A DNA stretch of 64,000 nt, taken from NCBI RefSeq assembly GCF_044704955.1, contig NW_027253510.1, positions 310,001 to 374,000 on the forward strand, read 5' to 3'. A program made the translations under genes and the position numbers. The number at the start of each line of letters is the position of its first letter. Within the stretch, counting starts at the first letter, position 1. Below the pieces are notes generated by a model, which had not been told where the DNA came from, searched no databases, and worked only from the letters and a program-made list of their open reading frames with translations. Positions 26,784 through 38,573 of this stretch are shown piece by piece. This stretch comes from Pristiophorus japonicus (taxonomy: Eukaryota).

Positions 26784-26801
26784 ATCCCACTTCTGACACC
26801 A
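26784..26801 (-). promoter_or_regulatory. PBS complementary to tRNA-Leu (CAG/CAA)
   Basis: TGGTGTCAGAAGTGGGAT on the minus strand, 2 nt from the 5' LTR. Confidence 0.9.
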
Positions 26802-26803
26802 AA

Positions 26804-27323
26804 TGTTGATTTCTGGATTCTTTTCCCTCAATCTGGTTCAGTGAAATCACTGAGTCGAATACCGATTGTGCTTTAAACAAGGCAAGCTTTTATTTAAAAA
26901 GCAAATCCCGATTGGGGACCTTATCAGACAGAAGGAATGCAACTCTGATAGATCGCACTCACGTCCTACGGACAAAGTGACGTTACATTGTAAAGGGACG
27001 AAGGTTATACATTTTCGGTAAAAGATAACAAGATAGGGCTAGAGTGACATCCTAGTTCAGCCTATCCCTTTTGATCCCTCTTTCCCTTTGTCCACTCATA
27101 AGCCGACCTAAGTATGGTCTGATTTTAAACAAAGACCTTCTGTTAATGTTTCAGGTTAATAACATGATTTAATAAGACCTTGAGGTTTTTCTGCAAGCTG
27201 TGGGTTTTGTTTCAATATGTGTTAGTGTTGTAACATTTTGCAGTCTCGAGTCTGAGATGTCATGAATCCTTTGTTAGCTTATACTGTCCATATATAATTC
27301 CCACGTTCTCAACTTCTCGACTT
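26804..27323 (-). repeat. ERV-A 5' LTR (outer about 22 bp missing)
   Basis: Matches 18780-19313 with about 11 substitutions and a 15-bp indel. Identity stops abruptly at 27323. Confidence 0.92.
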
Positions 27324-30300
27324 AAATGTCTGTATACATTTAATATCCATGTTCAGTATGCATTCTCACCACCACTCTGCTCATGTTGATTTGTGCAGTG
27401 AGAATCACCGAGGTGCTGGTATCTGCACTGGTGCCTGCAATGCATGTATCCTGTGATGGTACATCCTCCGCAGGTATAAAGTCCTCGAGGAATCTTCATC
27501 CTCCCTGGGCAGTGGCTCGGGTTCTTCATGTGATGGCACTGGGGCGAGAAGGAAGAGATAATATTTGGAGATGGTACTTTGTAATTGTTGATATGCCCAT
27601 GAAGCACTTGATCAGGTGATGATGTTGTGAAGCCCACTGTGGGTGATGTTGCTTTGTGGGAGGTGCAGGTATGAAAGATTAAAGCAGTCGCCCTGCTCCA
27701 CCAACCTCTCCATCTCCAATGCTCACAGTGCTTGAGATGCCACGGATCACCAGCGCCTCCTCTTAACAATTTCCTGCAGCCCTCCTCTGGTCCTGGCCCT
27801 TTCCCTGGCATTCTGCGCTCTCTTCATCCTGCAGCCCTGTGAGTGGCATCCGATGGATGCACTGCATATGGTGAAGGTGAGAATCAGGTAGATGCATAAG
27901 GAGTGGGAATGGCATGCCTTTGAGGAACATGGTCACGGTGCCACCTCAGGATGTGTAATGAGAGTGGGTGGAGGTGATTGAGGTCAGATGAGATGAGAAT
28001 TGCGGTTACTGACAGTGGTGGAGTGAGGAAGAGGGTGATGAGCTTGTGAAGGGAGTGAGGATGAGAGGAGGTGTGCGAGGGTGCATTGGAGGATTCGGGT
28101 GCAGATAGCCATCGACTGACCTTCCCTGACCTAGTCAAGTCATTGAACCGTTAACAGCACTGAATCCACAACCTCCTGGTCACACTCCTGCTCCTGACTT
28201 CTGTCGCCTCTACTCACACCTTGAGCTGTGACAGCAGCTTTCCTTTTCCTGCCGGTGGGAACTAGCCCGTCCCTCCTGGCTCTGACAGCGCCCAGCAGAA
28301 CATCAGGGGAAGCTTCTGTGAAATGGGGGCATAGCGGCAACCTTCCCACTTTCCGCAGCCTCTCACAGCTCCTCTTCTTCAGTCCTCTGTGTAGAAAGCG
28401 CGAACCTCTTCCTCCATTTCCGTGCTGAGCTGAACCTTGGAATTGGCGCCGGGAAATTGCATCACGCGGGTCTGCGTCACTTCCACCGATGCACAGAGAA
28501 GATGATGAACCTGGGAGCTATATTCAAATGAGGCCCGGCAGTTAAAATCAGCCAGATTTCCTGGTCTGGCGATGCTGCGGGACAGTCGCTCGTTATATCC
28601 CAGATACAAGCGTACTATGCTTCAACAAAGGGGACTACAGTGGGATGAGGGCAGAGTTGGCTAAAGTAGACTGGAAACACAGACTAAACGGTGGCACAAT
28701 TGAGGAACAGTGGAGGACTTTTAAGGAGCTCTTTCATAGTGCGCAACAAAAATATATTCCAGTGAAAAAGAAGGGCGGTAAGAGAAGGGATAACAAGCCA
28801 TGGATAACCGAAGAAATAAAGGAGAGTATCAAATCAAAGACCAATGCGTATAAGGTGGCCAAGGTTAGTGGGAAACTAGAAGATTGGGAAAATTTTTAAC
28901 AACAGCAAAGCATGACTAAAAAACAATAAAGAAAGGAAAGATAGATTACGAAGGTAAACTTGTGCAAAACATAAAAACAGACAGTAAAAGCTTTTACAGA
29001 TATATAAAACGGAAAAGAGTGACTAATGTAAATGTTGGTCCCTTAGAAGATGAGAAGGGGGATTTAATAATGGGAAATGTGGAAATGGCTGAGACCTTAA
29101 ACAATTATTTTGCTTCGGTCTTCACAGTGGAAGACACAAAAACCATGCCAAAAATTGCTGGTCACAGGAATGTGGGAAGGGAGGACCTTGAGACAATCAC
29201 GATCACTAGGGGGGTAGTGCTGGACAGGCTAATGGGACTCAAGGTAGACAAGTCCCCTGGTCCTGATGAAATGCATCCCAGGGTATTAAAAGAGATGGCG
29301 GAATTATAGCAGATGCATTCGTTATAATCTACCAAAATTCTCTGGACTCTGGGGAGGTACCAGCGGATTGGAAAGCAGCTAATGTAACGCCTCTGTTTAA
29401 AAAAGGGGGCAGACAAAAGGCAGGTAACTATAGGCCGGTTAGTTTAACATCTGTAGTGGGGAAAATGCTTGAAACTATCATTAAGGAAGAAATAGCGGGA
29501 CATCTAGATAGGAATAGTGCAATCAAGCAGACACAACATGGATTCATGAAGGGGAAATCATGTTTAACTAATTTACTGGAATTCTTTGAGGATATAACGA
29601 GCATGTTGGATAGAGGTGTACCGATGGATGTGGTGTATTTAGATTTCCAAAAGGCATTCGATAAGGTGCCACACAAAAGGTTACTGCAGAAGATAGAGGA
29701 ATGCAGAGTCAGAGGAAATGTATTAGCATGGATATAGAATTGGCTGGCTAACACATAGCAGAGAGTCGGGATAAATGGGTCCTTTTGGGGTTGGAAATCG
29801 GTGGTTAGTGGTGTGCCACAGGGATCGGTGCTGGGACCACAACTGTTTACAATATACATAGATGACCTGGAAGAGGGGACAGAGTGTAGTGTAACAAAAT
29901 TTGCAGATGACACAAAGATTAGTGGGAAAGTGGGTTGGGTGGAGGTCACAGAGAGGCTGCAAAGAGATTTAGATAGGTTAAGAGAATGGGCTAAGGTTTG
30001 GCAGATGGAATACAATGTCGGAAAGTGTGAGGTCATCCACCTTGGGAAAAAAAAACAGTAAAAGGGAATATTATTTGAATGGGGAGAAATTACAACATGC
30101 TGAGGTGCAGAGGGACCTGGGGGTCCTTGTGCATGAATCCCAAAAAGTTAGTTTGCAGGTACAGCAGGTAATCAGGAAGGTGAATGGAATGTTGGCCTTC
30201 ATTGCGAGAGGGATGGAGTACAAAATCAGGGAGGTCCTGCTGCAACTGTATAGGGTATTGGTAAGGCCACACCTGGAGTACTGCGTGCAGTTTTGGTCAC

Positions 30301-30870
30301 TGGCTTTGGAGGGGGTACAGAGATGATTCACTTGGCTGATTCCGGAGATGAGGGAGTTACCTTATGATGATAGATTGAGTAGACTGGGTCTTTACTCCTT
30401 GGAGTTCAGAAGGATGATAGGTGATCTTATCGAAACATTTAAAATAATGAAAGGGATAGACAAGATAGAGGCAGAGAGGTTGTTTCCACTGGTGGGGGAG
30501 ACTAGAACTAGGGGGCACAGCCTCAAAATACGGGGGAGCCAATTTAAAACCGAGTTGAGAAGGAATTTCTTCTCCCAGAGGGTTGTGAATCTGTGGAATT
30601 CTCTGCCCAAGGAAGCAGTTGAGGCTAGCTCACTGAATGTATTCAAGTCACAGATAGATAGATTTTTAACCAATAAGGGAATTAAGGGTTACGGGGAGCG
30701 GGCGGGTAAGTGGAGCTGAGTCCACGGCCAGATCAGCCATGATCTTATTGAATGGCGGAGCAGGCTCGAGGGGCTAGATGGCCTACTGCTATTCCTAATT
30801 CTGATGTTCTTATGTTCTTCTGTTCCCGCCCCACGCGCTCTGTTCCCGTCTCTGCGTTAATATCGGGGTC
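27324..30870 (-). mobile_element. Harbinger remnant with Myb/SANT-like exon(s) and terminus, interrupted by CR1 28611-30818
   Basis: PHFTEASPDVLLGAVRARRDGL...RFNDLTRSGK followed by GTCAGT donor (28113-28340). Terminus-like GACCCCGATATTAAC on the minus strand at about 30856-30870. Confidence 0.65.
28611..30818 (+). mobile_element. 5'-truncated CR1 LINE (ORF2, multiple stops)
   Basis: ORFs 28645-30719 with CR1 RT motifs (FADD). 3' tail TTCTTATGTTCTT. Confidence 0.95.
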
Positions 30871-30935
30871 GGTGATTCAGGACATGACACAATCTGAAGC
30901 AATCAAATCACACCTCTTTTTAAAAATCCTTTCAG

Positions 30936-31001
30936 ATACAACCAATCAGAACTTCATAACTACAGCACACAGGACACTAGATCCAGCAACAGAAAAGAAC
31001 G
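30936..31001 (+). pseudogene. Candidate 66-bp phase1/phase1 exon (DTTNQNFITTAHRTLDPATEKN), linker/stalk of the IgSF gene
   Basis: Acceptor CCTTTCAG| and donor G|GTAGGT; open and symmetric in phase 1, matching the V exons; lies in unique DNA. Confidence 0.5.
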
Positions 31002-31354
31002 GTAGGTGAACCAATCAAACCACTCAAAATACTTTTGCAAAACATGTTCCCCTGAGCCCTCTGGTTACACACAGGTAAACAACACAAGTTAAAACGTAAC
31101 TGATAGAAAAATGCAGGAATATTTTAACCTCCCAATAAAATGGCCCACCCCCTGACTAAACTGCTCTGTGATGATTTTCTGCCTGGGGCTTTGTGGTCGG
31201 CCTCTAACTGGAGGAAGCTGCACTGCTCCTGGCCGAGCTCGCCCTGTCGCTCACGCGGAGCCCTGTTGATACCCACCCAACACCAGCACACCTTTTGCCC
31301 TTCAGGCCTGCCTCCAACCCAATGTTCCACCCCCTCGACCCCTCCCTGCTGTGT

Positions 31355-31432
31355 GTCAGCCATGGCTCAGGTCAAGTCCCTCTCCAGAGACTTGAGCACA
31401 AGAAGCTAGGCTGACACTGTTGGCCAGTACAG
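31355..31432 (+). mobile_element. tRNA-derived shark SINE fragment (SacSINE/Deu-like)
   Basis: CATGGCTCAG...TCAAGTCCCTCTCCAGAGACTTGAGCACAA...GGCTGACACT resembles the recalled head of this SINE family. Confidence 0.5.
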
Positions 31433-31572
31433 TGTGATGTTAAAGAGCTAAGCTCAGGATATGTTTAAAACAACGAGCTGAAATTCAGGGTCCGTATAAG
31501 GCCGGTTACCGCCGTTTTGCGACGGTCACGTGGTGAAATCGAGTGGCCGCCATGTTGCAGTCCATTGGCCAC

Positions 31573-32250
31573 TGTCGAAATCTCGACCTCCGAAAAGAAT
31601 GACTCCGACACTTACAGCTCCGGTAGAAGTTTCTTATCTTTACTTGCTCGCAAGGGGTAGGTCACACTCAGTCAAGGGCTAAGTGAACACCTCCGAAATG
31701 GTTCAGTTTAACAAGATATTTATACAGTAAAACCAAAGTTCTGGCCTCTCCCTGTGTATTGCTCTGTCTCACAGTCAGTGAATACAGATAAAGAGTTAAT
31801 TACTATATCCTGATCCTGACATGGTATCCAGATATTTCCTTTTGTCAGGGTTATCAGAAAGCCAAACGGCCATTACTCCATGAGTCATAGGTAATGGGCT
31901 ATTACCTGTCTTGTATTGTGTCAGGATTGTTTCAATTTCCTGGTCAGTTTATCTGTTTGCATCAAATGGATGAGGTCTCGGAAAGAGATAATGGCTAGAA
32001 GATAAGGGTGGGGTGACATGGAACTCCTGTAGTGTAGACAATAGGAGAGCACCATGGGGGGGGGTTACTTGTCTCAGCATGACTTGTCTCCTAGCTGTCT
32101 GATGGCCATCAGCCATCTAACAGCAGGTTTAGCTGTTTATGCAAGCTGACTGCTAAAATGCAGAAAGTTCTGGAAGGGCCAGGACTACATTTTAATCAAA
32201 AGGCACACAAATACCGTATGGTATCAGCTTAGATAAAAATACTTTCCACA
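31573..32250 (-). repeat. ERV-B 3' LTR
   Basis: TG...CA; direct repeat of 37897-38573. Confidence 0.96.
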
Positions 32251-32280
32251 TTCCCCCATTTTGTCCTTCACAAGGACAAC

Positions 32281-33564
32281 TTAATCCATTCTGATCTTGT
32301 ACAGTCTCTCCATTTCCATTTCCACACAAGAGCCTTCAGCAGTTGTTGCTACCATAACTCTAGCCGTGGTCTCGGTAGGTAACATAGTTTCTCCCACCCT
32401 GGCACAGCAACACTTAACGATGACAAATAATAGATACAGGGCGAAGACTATCAGCAGGAATATGATTAAACCCTGTACCACAGATTTCCCCAGGGCTCCC
32501 AACCATCCCGATGTTTTCAGCTAGACTGCTGATATCTTCTGATTTATCTGGGATATACGTACAGCATTCTTCACCTATTAATGCGCATGTTCCTCCCTCC
32601 TTGGCTAGGAGATAATCTAAGGCCATACGATTTTGGAGAGCCACTGTTCGAATAGCTACCATTTCGTCATTTATCCCTTCAAAGGCTTGGGAAGTTGCGT
32701 TGGCTACTGATTCTACTAAGTTAGCCAGTTCCCGTAACTGCCATTCGGTCGATGCTATTCCATAGGGTGGCACCATTACCTTGAATATTCCGTTTAGCCA
32801 CGTCAAATCCCGTTCAAATCTGTGGCTTCCATAGGCCTCCCTTAGAGTCCTTACTGATCTGATAAGGGGTACCACATATCCTAAGTAACAGGACCCTGTC
32901 CAGTTGGCTGGTAACCATGGGTAGGCTTTATGGCCACAAATAAAGTAGGTGCAATTATAGGGTGTCAGCTCCTGGTCCTTTCGCACTATCCCTACTCGAG
33001 TGGTCTCACCTTCCCACCTTTCACCTGGGGCTTTGTTATGGACCGTTGTCCAGCCAACGGTTGCTATCTTTCTCTCAGTGGGATTAGTTGTGGCTTGCCA
33101 TTTAGTCATTTGGGAACACTTGCTGCGTCCCATTTCTGGTCCTTTAGTTTCATTACTCACTAGGCATATTATACCTTCAGGATTTCCTATTCTGGGAGTA
33201 ATGCTTAGGAAGGGAGGCTGATGGTTATTATCATAATTGGGCTGGTACCATCCCTGGAAGGCTGTAAGTTTATACCCTGCCGACCTCCATTCGTTTCTGG
33301 CCCCTTAGTTAGTTTTGTCCTGTTTTGCACTGTCAACCATTCTACCATTTCTGATTCGTTGAAGGGGACAGATCTCAGGGGAATACCCCCCCTGGAGTGA
33401 ACAGGTACATGGGAACATATCCAACAACTCGACAAGTTTCTTTCTTGAGCATACCTATGACTCAGTGCCATAAATACGTTTACGTGCCATTCCCTTCGGT
33501 GGTGGGTCTGTACCCCTGGTGTAATCAATAATGCGAAGTAAAACCCTGTCAAGCCCAGCACCAT
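32281..33564 (-). pseudogene. env: ERV-B env (gamma-type), frameshifted
   Basis: Signal peptide, CWIC, RFER cleavage site, LQNRMALDYLLAKEGGTCALIGEECC, TM. Split over three ORFs. Confidence 0.92.
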
Positions 33565-33593
33565 CAGTCCCCATAGTCCATACAGTTCCTTAT

Positions 33594-35822
33594 TCAGTCT
33601 TCCTTTTTCTGTTCCTCTGATTCCTTCGTCCCTTCCTCCTGGTCGGGTGCCCGTTTGCAATGGGATGCGTGGATCCATGTTGGTCTTTCCTTTACCTTGA
33701 TTGCAGTATTGGTCGCCAGCAGGACCTGGTATGGTCCTTCGAATCTTGGCTGTAGACTGCTTTTCCTTTTAAAAATCTTGATGTAAACGAATTCCCCTGG
33801 CTCCAGGTTATGACACTTCCCTTCCGCTGGCTTGACTTGGGCTTCCTTTACCTGTGAATGAAAGCTGGAAATACATTTGGTTAGTGCAATACAATAATTC
33901 AACATATTTTCCTCCATTTTGTGGATGTCCATTTGTTTAGCAGTAAATGGTGCTGTAAAAGGTAGTCGTTGGGGACGTCCCATAACTATCTCATGCGGTG
34001 ACAGGCCTGTTGTTCTGTTGGTTGCAGATCGCATTACCATCAAAGCTAAGGGCAGCAGTTCTGTGCATTTCAGTCCAGTGTCATTGCATAGTTTTGCCAG
34101 CTTATTTTTAAGCATTCCATTATATCTTTCAACAAGTCCAGCTGATTGTGGATGATAACTGCAATGAAAACGTTGATTAATCTGTAAAGCTTTACACATT
34201 TCTCTTATAACAGTTCCCGTGAAATGTGACCCGTTATCACTGGAAAGCTTAGCAGGGATTCCGAAGCGCGGTACAATTTCTTTTAACAAACATTTAGCAA
34301 CAGTAGTGGCATCGGCCTTTTTACATGGAAAGGCTTCAATCCATCTAGAGAACACATCTACAATAACTAATACATACTTGAATCCCATACACATAGGTAA
34401 TTCAATAAAATCCATTTGTAAATGTACAAAAGGCCCGACTGGATTTGGGTGGGAGGCAGATTCTACTTTTTCCATCTTACCCAGATTCATTGTCTGACAG
34501 GTAACACAATTTTCACAGATTTGTTTTGCAATTGCCGAAATACCTGGTGCATACCAAGTTGCCAAAATATAATCTGCCAATCCCCCTTTGCCTGCATGTG
34601 TGAATGTATGAACACATCGGGCAATCCATGGAAGTAAGGATCTAGGGGCCACCACGCGGCCGTCCTGGTGAACCCATATTCCTTCTGGATTTTTATAACA
34701 TTGATCCTTCGTCCAGGTCACCACCTCCTCCGTACTGGCCTGTGTCTGAAAGGCCAGCACGTCATTAATAGTGGGTGGCGGGTCTGAGCAATTATTTTTC
34801 CTTAGTGGGAACAATGACACCTGCATCCCCCCTTTCGACAGAGCTGCTGACTTAGCTGCATTATCAGCTCTGGCATTCCCAAGTGCCCCCTCATTCGACT
34901 GGCCTGTATGTGCTTGGCATTTGATAATGGCAAGTTTCAAAGGGCATTGAATGGCTCGCAGGAGATTTTCCACTTGTTCTGCATTTTTGATAGGGGTTCC
35001 TGAAGAAGTCAGGTACCCGCGAATCTTCCAAATTTGTCCATAGTCATGTGATACCCCAAAAGCATACCTGGAGTCAGTGTAGATATTAACTGTGTGTCCT
35101 TCAGCCAGAATACAGGCTCGAGTTAACGCAAACAATTCGGCTTGTTGGGCTGAAAAGGAGTCTGGAAGAGAGGCTGTTTCGACAACATTAAACTGAGTTA
35201 CAATTGCATAAGCTGCTCTCAGTTGGCCCCTATCATTTCGTAAGTCTGATCCGTCAACATAGTACATTAGATCAGGGTTACACATTGGTACATCTGTTAG
35301 ATTGATACGTGGTTTAGTCACTAATTCGGTTACCATTTCACATGAATGGGGTTCGCCGTCGTCATCCGTGGGGAGTAGAGTGGCTGGATTTAAGGTAGTG
35401 CATCTTTTGATGATTAGGTTCGGATTTGATAACAGTTCGACCTCGTATTTAGTGGTTCTTGCGGAGGTTAGGTGTTGGGTGGCACATTTAGTAAGTAAAA
35501 TCTCGACAGAGTGTGGGATATACAAAATGGTCTGATGATTTAGAGTTATTGTCTGAGCCTGTTGCATAGCATAATAAGCTGCTGCCAACAAAGGAAGACA
35601 TCCTGGTAGTCCGCGTGTTACTGGGTCTAGTTGGGTACTGAAATATGCGACCGGTCGCTGCTTGTCCCCATGTAACTGAGTCAAAACAGATTGTGCAAAA
35701 CCCGACTTGTGATGCACAAATAAGTTGAGTAGCTTAGTGTAATCTGGTAATCCCAAGGCTGGTGCTGAAGTGAGGGACTGCTTAAGACTCTGGAAAGCAT
35801 TCCGGGATACTTCATTCCACAT
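33594..35822 (-). CDS. pol: ERV-B pol 3' portion: RT connection, RNase H and integrase as an uninterrupted 742-aa ORF
   Basis: APALGLPDY, RPVAYFS, YVDGS/AQQAEL/YTDS/NARAD, HTFTH..CVTC, QMDF/SDNG/VERYN, FEGPY. Confidence 0.9.
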   Translation of the reverse strand: MWNEVSRNAFQSLKQSLTSAPALGLPDYTKLLNLFVHHKSGFAQSVLTQLHGDKQRPVAYFSTQLDPVTRGLPGCLPLLAAAYYAMQQAQTITLNHQTILYIPHSVEILLTKCATQHLTSARTTKYEVELLSNPNLIIKRCTTLNPATLLPTDDDGEPHSCEMVTELVTKPRINLTDVPMCNPDLMYYVDGSDLRNDRGQLRAAYAIVTQFNVVETASLPDSFSAQQAELFALTRACILAEGHTVNIYTDSRYAFGVSHDYGQIWKIRGYLTSSGTPIKNAEQVENLLRAIQCPLKLAIIKCQAHTGQSNEGALGNARADNAAKSAALSKGGMQVSLFPLRKNNCSDPPPTINDVLAFQTQASTEEVVTWTKDQCYKNPEGIWVHQDGRVVAPRSLLPWIARCVHTFTHAGKGGLADYILATWYAPGISAIAKQICENCVTCQTMNLGKMEKVESASHPNPVGPFVHLQMDFIELPMCMGFKYVLVIVDVFSRWIEAFPCKKADATTVAKCLLKEIVPRFGIPAKLSSDNGSHFTGTVIREMCKALQINQRFHCSYHPQSAGLVERYNGMLKNKLAKLCNDTGLKCTELLPLALMVMRSATNRTTGLSPHEIVMGRPQRLPFTAPFTAKQMDIHKMEENMLNYCIALTKCISSFHSQVKEAQVKPAEGKCHNLEPGEFVYIKIFKRKSSLQPRFEGPYQVLLATNTAIKVKERPTWIHASHCKRAPDQEEGTKESEEQKKED

Positions 35823-37367
35823 CCTTTAAGCATTGTGAGAATATAGTAGATTCATTCACAGCTCATAGGTCATGGACAAACCTCCATTTGTGTGGGCTTC
35901 TGAACTGGACGAATCTGTGTGTTACACGGACTTCTCATTTATGCTTATAGTGATTCACAGATCACAGAATGTAAAGTACTTGTTTTCTAATTTTATTAAA
36001 AGGCTTCCAAACCCAAGATTTTTCCAATACACCCAAAATGTTGATCAAGGAGATCACCTGAAATATCTCAAAATCCCAATTCAACTATTGTACTGTCACT
36101 CTTTATCAAAAAAATCCTCTTACTGAGCTAGAAGCTTTTGTACCAAGATTTTACACCAAGGACAATGAGAGTGTACTCCCCCAGCCTGCACCTCGAGAGA
36201 CCCACAAAGGCTTTTTTTCAAAAAAAAGGCATTACAACTTTTAACCACCGGGACCATGTCTCAACAAACCTATCCTTTGTGCATTTCCTAGCTCCGTAAC
36301 CTCTCATCCGAATAAATCCACACCTGCGCTTCTAACTTAAAATGTCTTAAACTTCCCACATACAGGACAACACTATGAAGGGTTAAAAAAACTTCACTTT
36401 GTTTGAAAAAGTGGGTGGAGCTAAAACAAACAGGCAGTTCCACAACCTTTCCAAACAGGTTTCCAGACACAAGGAAAAAAAACAGAAGCACTCTCATTCA
36501 AAGACAAGACATTCACGCACTCTCATTCAAAGACAAGACATTCACAAGTCTCTCTCCATTCAATAAAGCTTTTTCTTTTGCTAGCTTCATTTTTTTTTTG
36601 AATCCATAAGTCACTATCAGGTTCTCTTTTTTTTTACATTTGATTTACTTCCTCTGTTAATTTTACATGGGCTTGAAGAATCGGAACCCAGGCCTTTTCT
36701 ATTACTTTCCTTTTTTTTTCTACCTGGATCTCTGTTTATAAGACACTCCTCTAGACATGTTGTTCTCTCTAAATTAAATGAACCATCGGGTGGAAATGGC
36801 CTGTTTTCACCCTTAGTCCACTTTACCGGTTTTTGTTTCTTTGGTCAATTGAAGACTGACCACAATTCTGGAGCATGACATAGGCTGGTGTGCCTTTTGG
36901 TGGTGGGTTACTTGCTCCAGCCCCCATTCTGGATGATTTAAGATTTTTCCACAGTTTCTGATCTCACAATCCTTTCGGCCAACCGAGTTCTCTACGCCCA
37001 CTTCTCCTGGCCGTTACGTGGCCTGAAAAGGCTCTTAATTCGGGCTCAGTCTGGGTGTGTGAGATATGTTGGCACGAACCAACCGTAGTTGATCAATCAG
37101 TTACTGTTTCTTTTCCTAATCAATCCTTGTGTTTTTTTTTCGAATCACAATTTTCCCTAGTGACTCTTCCCGTTTCTCTAATGGCAATGACTCTCAAAGG
37201 TATTGCACACGACAGTAATACAAGGACAACAAACAATATTGCCGCGAGTACACAAATCATAACCTCTAAACAAATTCTCAGTCTGCGTTGTACGCCACTA
37301 CAGACCGAGTCCTTAACTTATCCTAATAAAAACTGATAAAACTTAAGGTTCCGTACCCAAACTCTTT

Positions 37368-37562
37368 GATCGATTGCGCTTTCTTTTTTTTTATAGTCTT
37401 ATCACATAAGAACCCCTTCCGAATTAAAAACAATAAAAATCATATCACATAAGAACCTTCGATCGATTAGCGCTTTCTTTTTTCTCTTTTTTTTTTAATA
37501 GTCTTATCACATAAGAACCCCTTCCGAATTAAAAACAATAAAAATCTTATCACATAAGAACC
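37368..37562. repeat. Tandem duplication (about 90-100 bp x2) in the ERV-B leader
   Basis: GATCGATT(A)GCGCTTTC...ATAGTCTTATCACATAAGAACCCCTTCCGAATTAAAAACAATAAAAATC occurs twice. Confidence 0.9.
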
Positions 37563-37874
37563 TGGAACCCTTTTCGGTCGACTAGCGCTCCCTTACCTAC
37601 TGAAACCTTCCCCGGGCTGTCTCGAGATTTTTTCCAGAACCTGTTCTCTTCTGCTGGCGAGCTGAGAAAGAAATGGTTATAAAAAATACCTTTAGCTTTT
37701 AAATGCCGAGTCTTGTAGATGCAGTACCTCCGCTGTGGACAACAGATTACATATGCGATTCAACAGTGAAGAAACCTCTTGTGAGCAAAGGCTCACCTTG
37801 TTTGGCCACCGAAGCCTTTCACTGGAGAGGCACTATGCCTGTATCCGTTTTACTCACAGGACAGAGAGTATGCC

Positions 37875-37891
37875 TCTCGGTGGAACCTCCA
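37875..37891 (-). promoter_or_regulatory. PBS complementary to tRNA-Gln
   Basis: TGGAGGTTCCACCGAGA on the minus strand, 5 nt from the 5' LTR. Confidence 0.9.
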
Positions 37892-37896
37892 ATAAC

Positions 37897-38573
37897 TGTC
37901 GAAATCTCGACCTCCGAAAAGAATGACTCCGACACTTACAGCTCCGGTAGAAGTTTCTTATCTTTAATTGCTCGCAAGGGGTAGGTCACACTCAGTCAAG
38001 GGCTAAGTGAACACCTCCGAAATGGTTCAGTTTAACAAGATATTTATACAGTAAAACCAAAGTTCTGGCCTCTCCCTGTGTATTGCTCTGTCTCACAGTC
38101 AGTGAATACAGATAAAGAGTTAATTACTATATCCTGGTCCTGACATGGTATCCAGATATTTCCTTTTGTCAGGGTTATCAGAAAGCCAAACGGCCATTAC
38201 TCCATGAGTCATAGGTAATGGGCTATCACCTGTCTAATATTGTGTCAGGATTGTTTCAATTTCCTGGTCAGTTTATCTGTTTGCATCAAATGGATGAGGT
38301 CTCGGAAAGAGATAATGGCTAGAAGATAAGGGTGGGGTGACATGGAACTCCTGTAGTGTAGACAATAGGAGAGCACCATGGGGGGGGTTACTTATCTCAG
38401 CATGACTTGTCTCCTAGCTGTCTGATGGCCATCAGCCATCTAACAACAGGTTTAGCTGTTTATGCAAGCTGACTGCTAAAATGCAGAAAGTTCTGGAAGG
38501 GCCAGGACTCCATTTTAATCAAAAGGCACACAAATACCGTATGGTATCAGCTTAGATAAAAATACTTTCCACA
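37897..38573 (-). repeat. ERV-B 5' LTR
   Basis: About 8 substitutions and one 1-bp indel versus the 3' LTR (manual count). Confidence 0.96.

Larger units (their letters stand above)
18780..27323 (-). mobile_element. Endogenous retrovirus ERV-A (class I/epsilon-like, gamma-type env), degraded provirus
   Basis: Two LTR copies about 98% identical, PBS-Leu, PPT (AAAAGGGGGGAA) next to 19335, and gag-pro-pol-env order on the minus strand. Confidence 0.95.
31573..38573 (-). mobile_element. Endogenous retrovirus ERV-B: both LTRs, 4-bp TSD CCAC, gag-pro-RT deleted
   Basis: LTRs about 98.7% identical, TSD CCAC at 31569-31572 and 38574-38577, PBS-Gln, PPT next to 32250. Confidence 0.97.
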
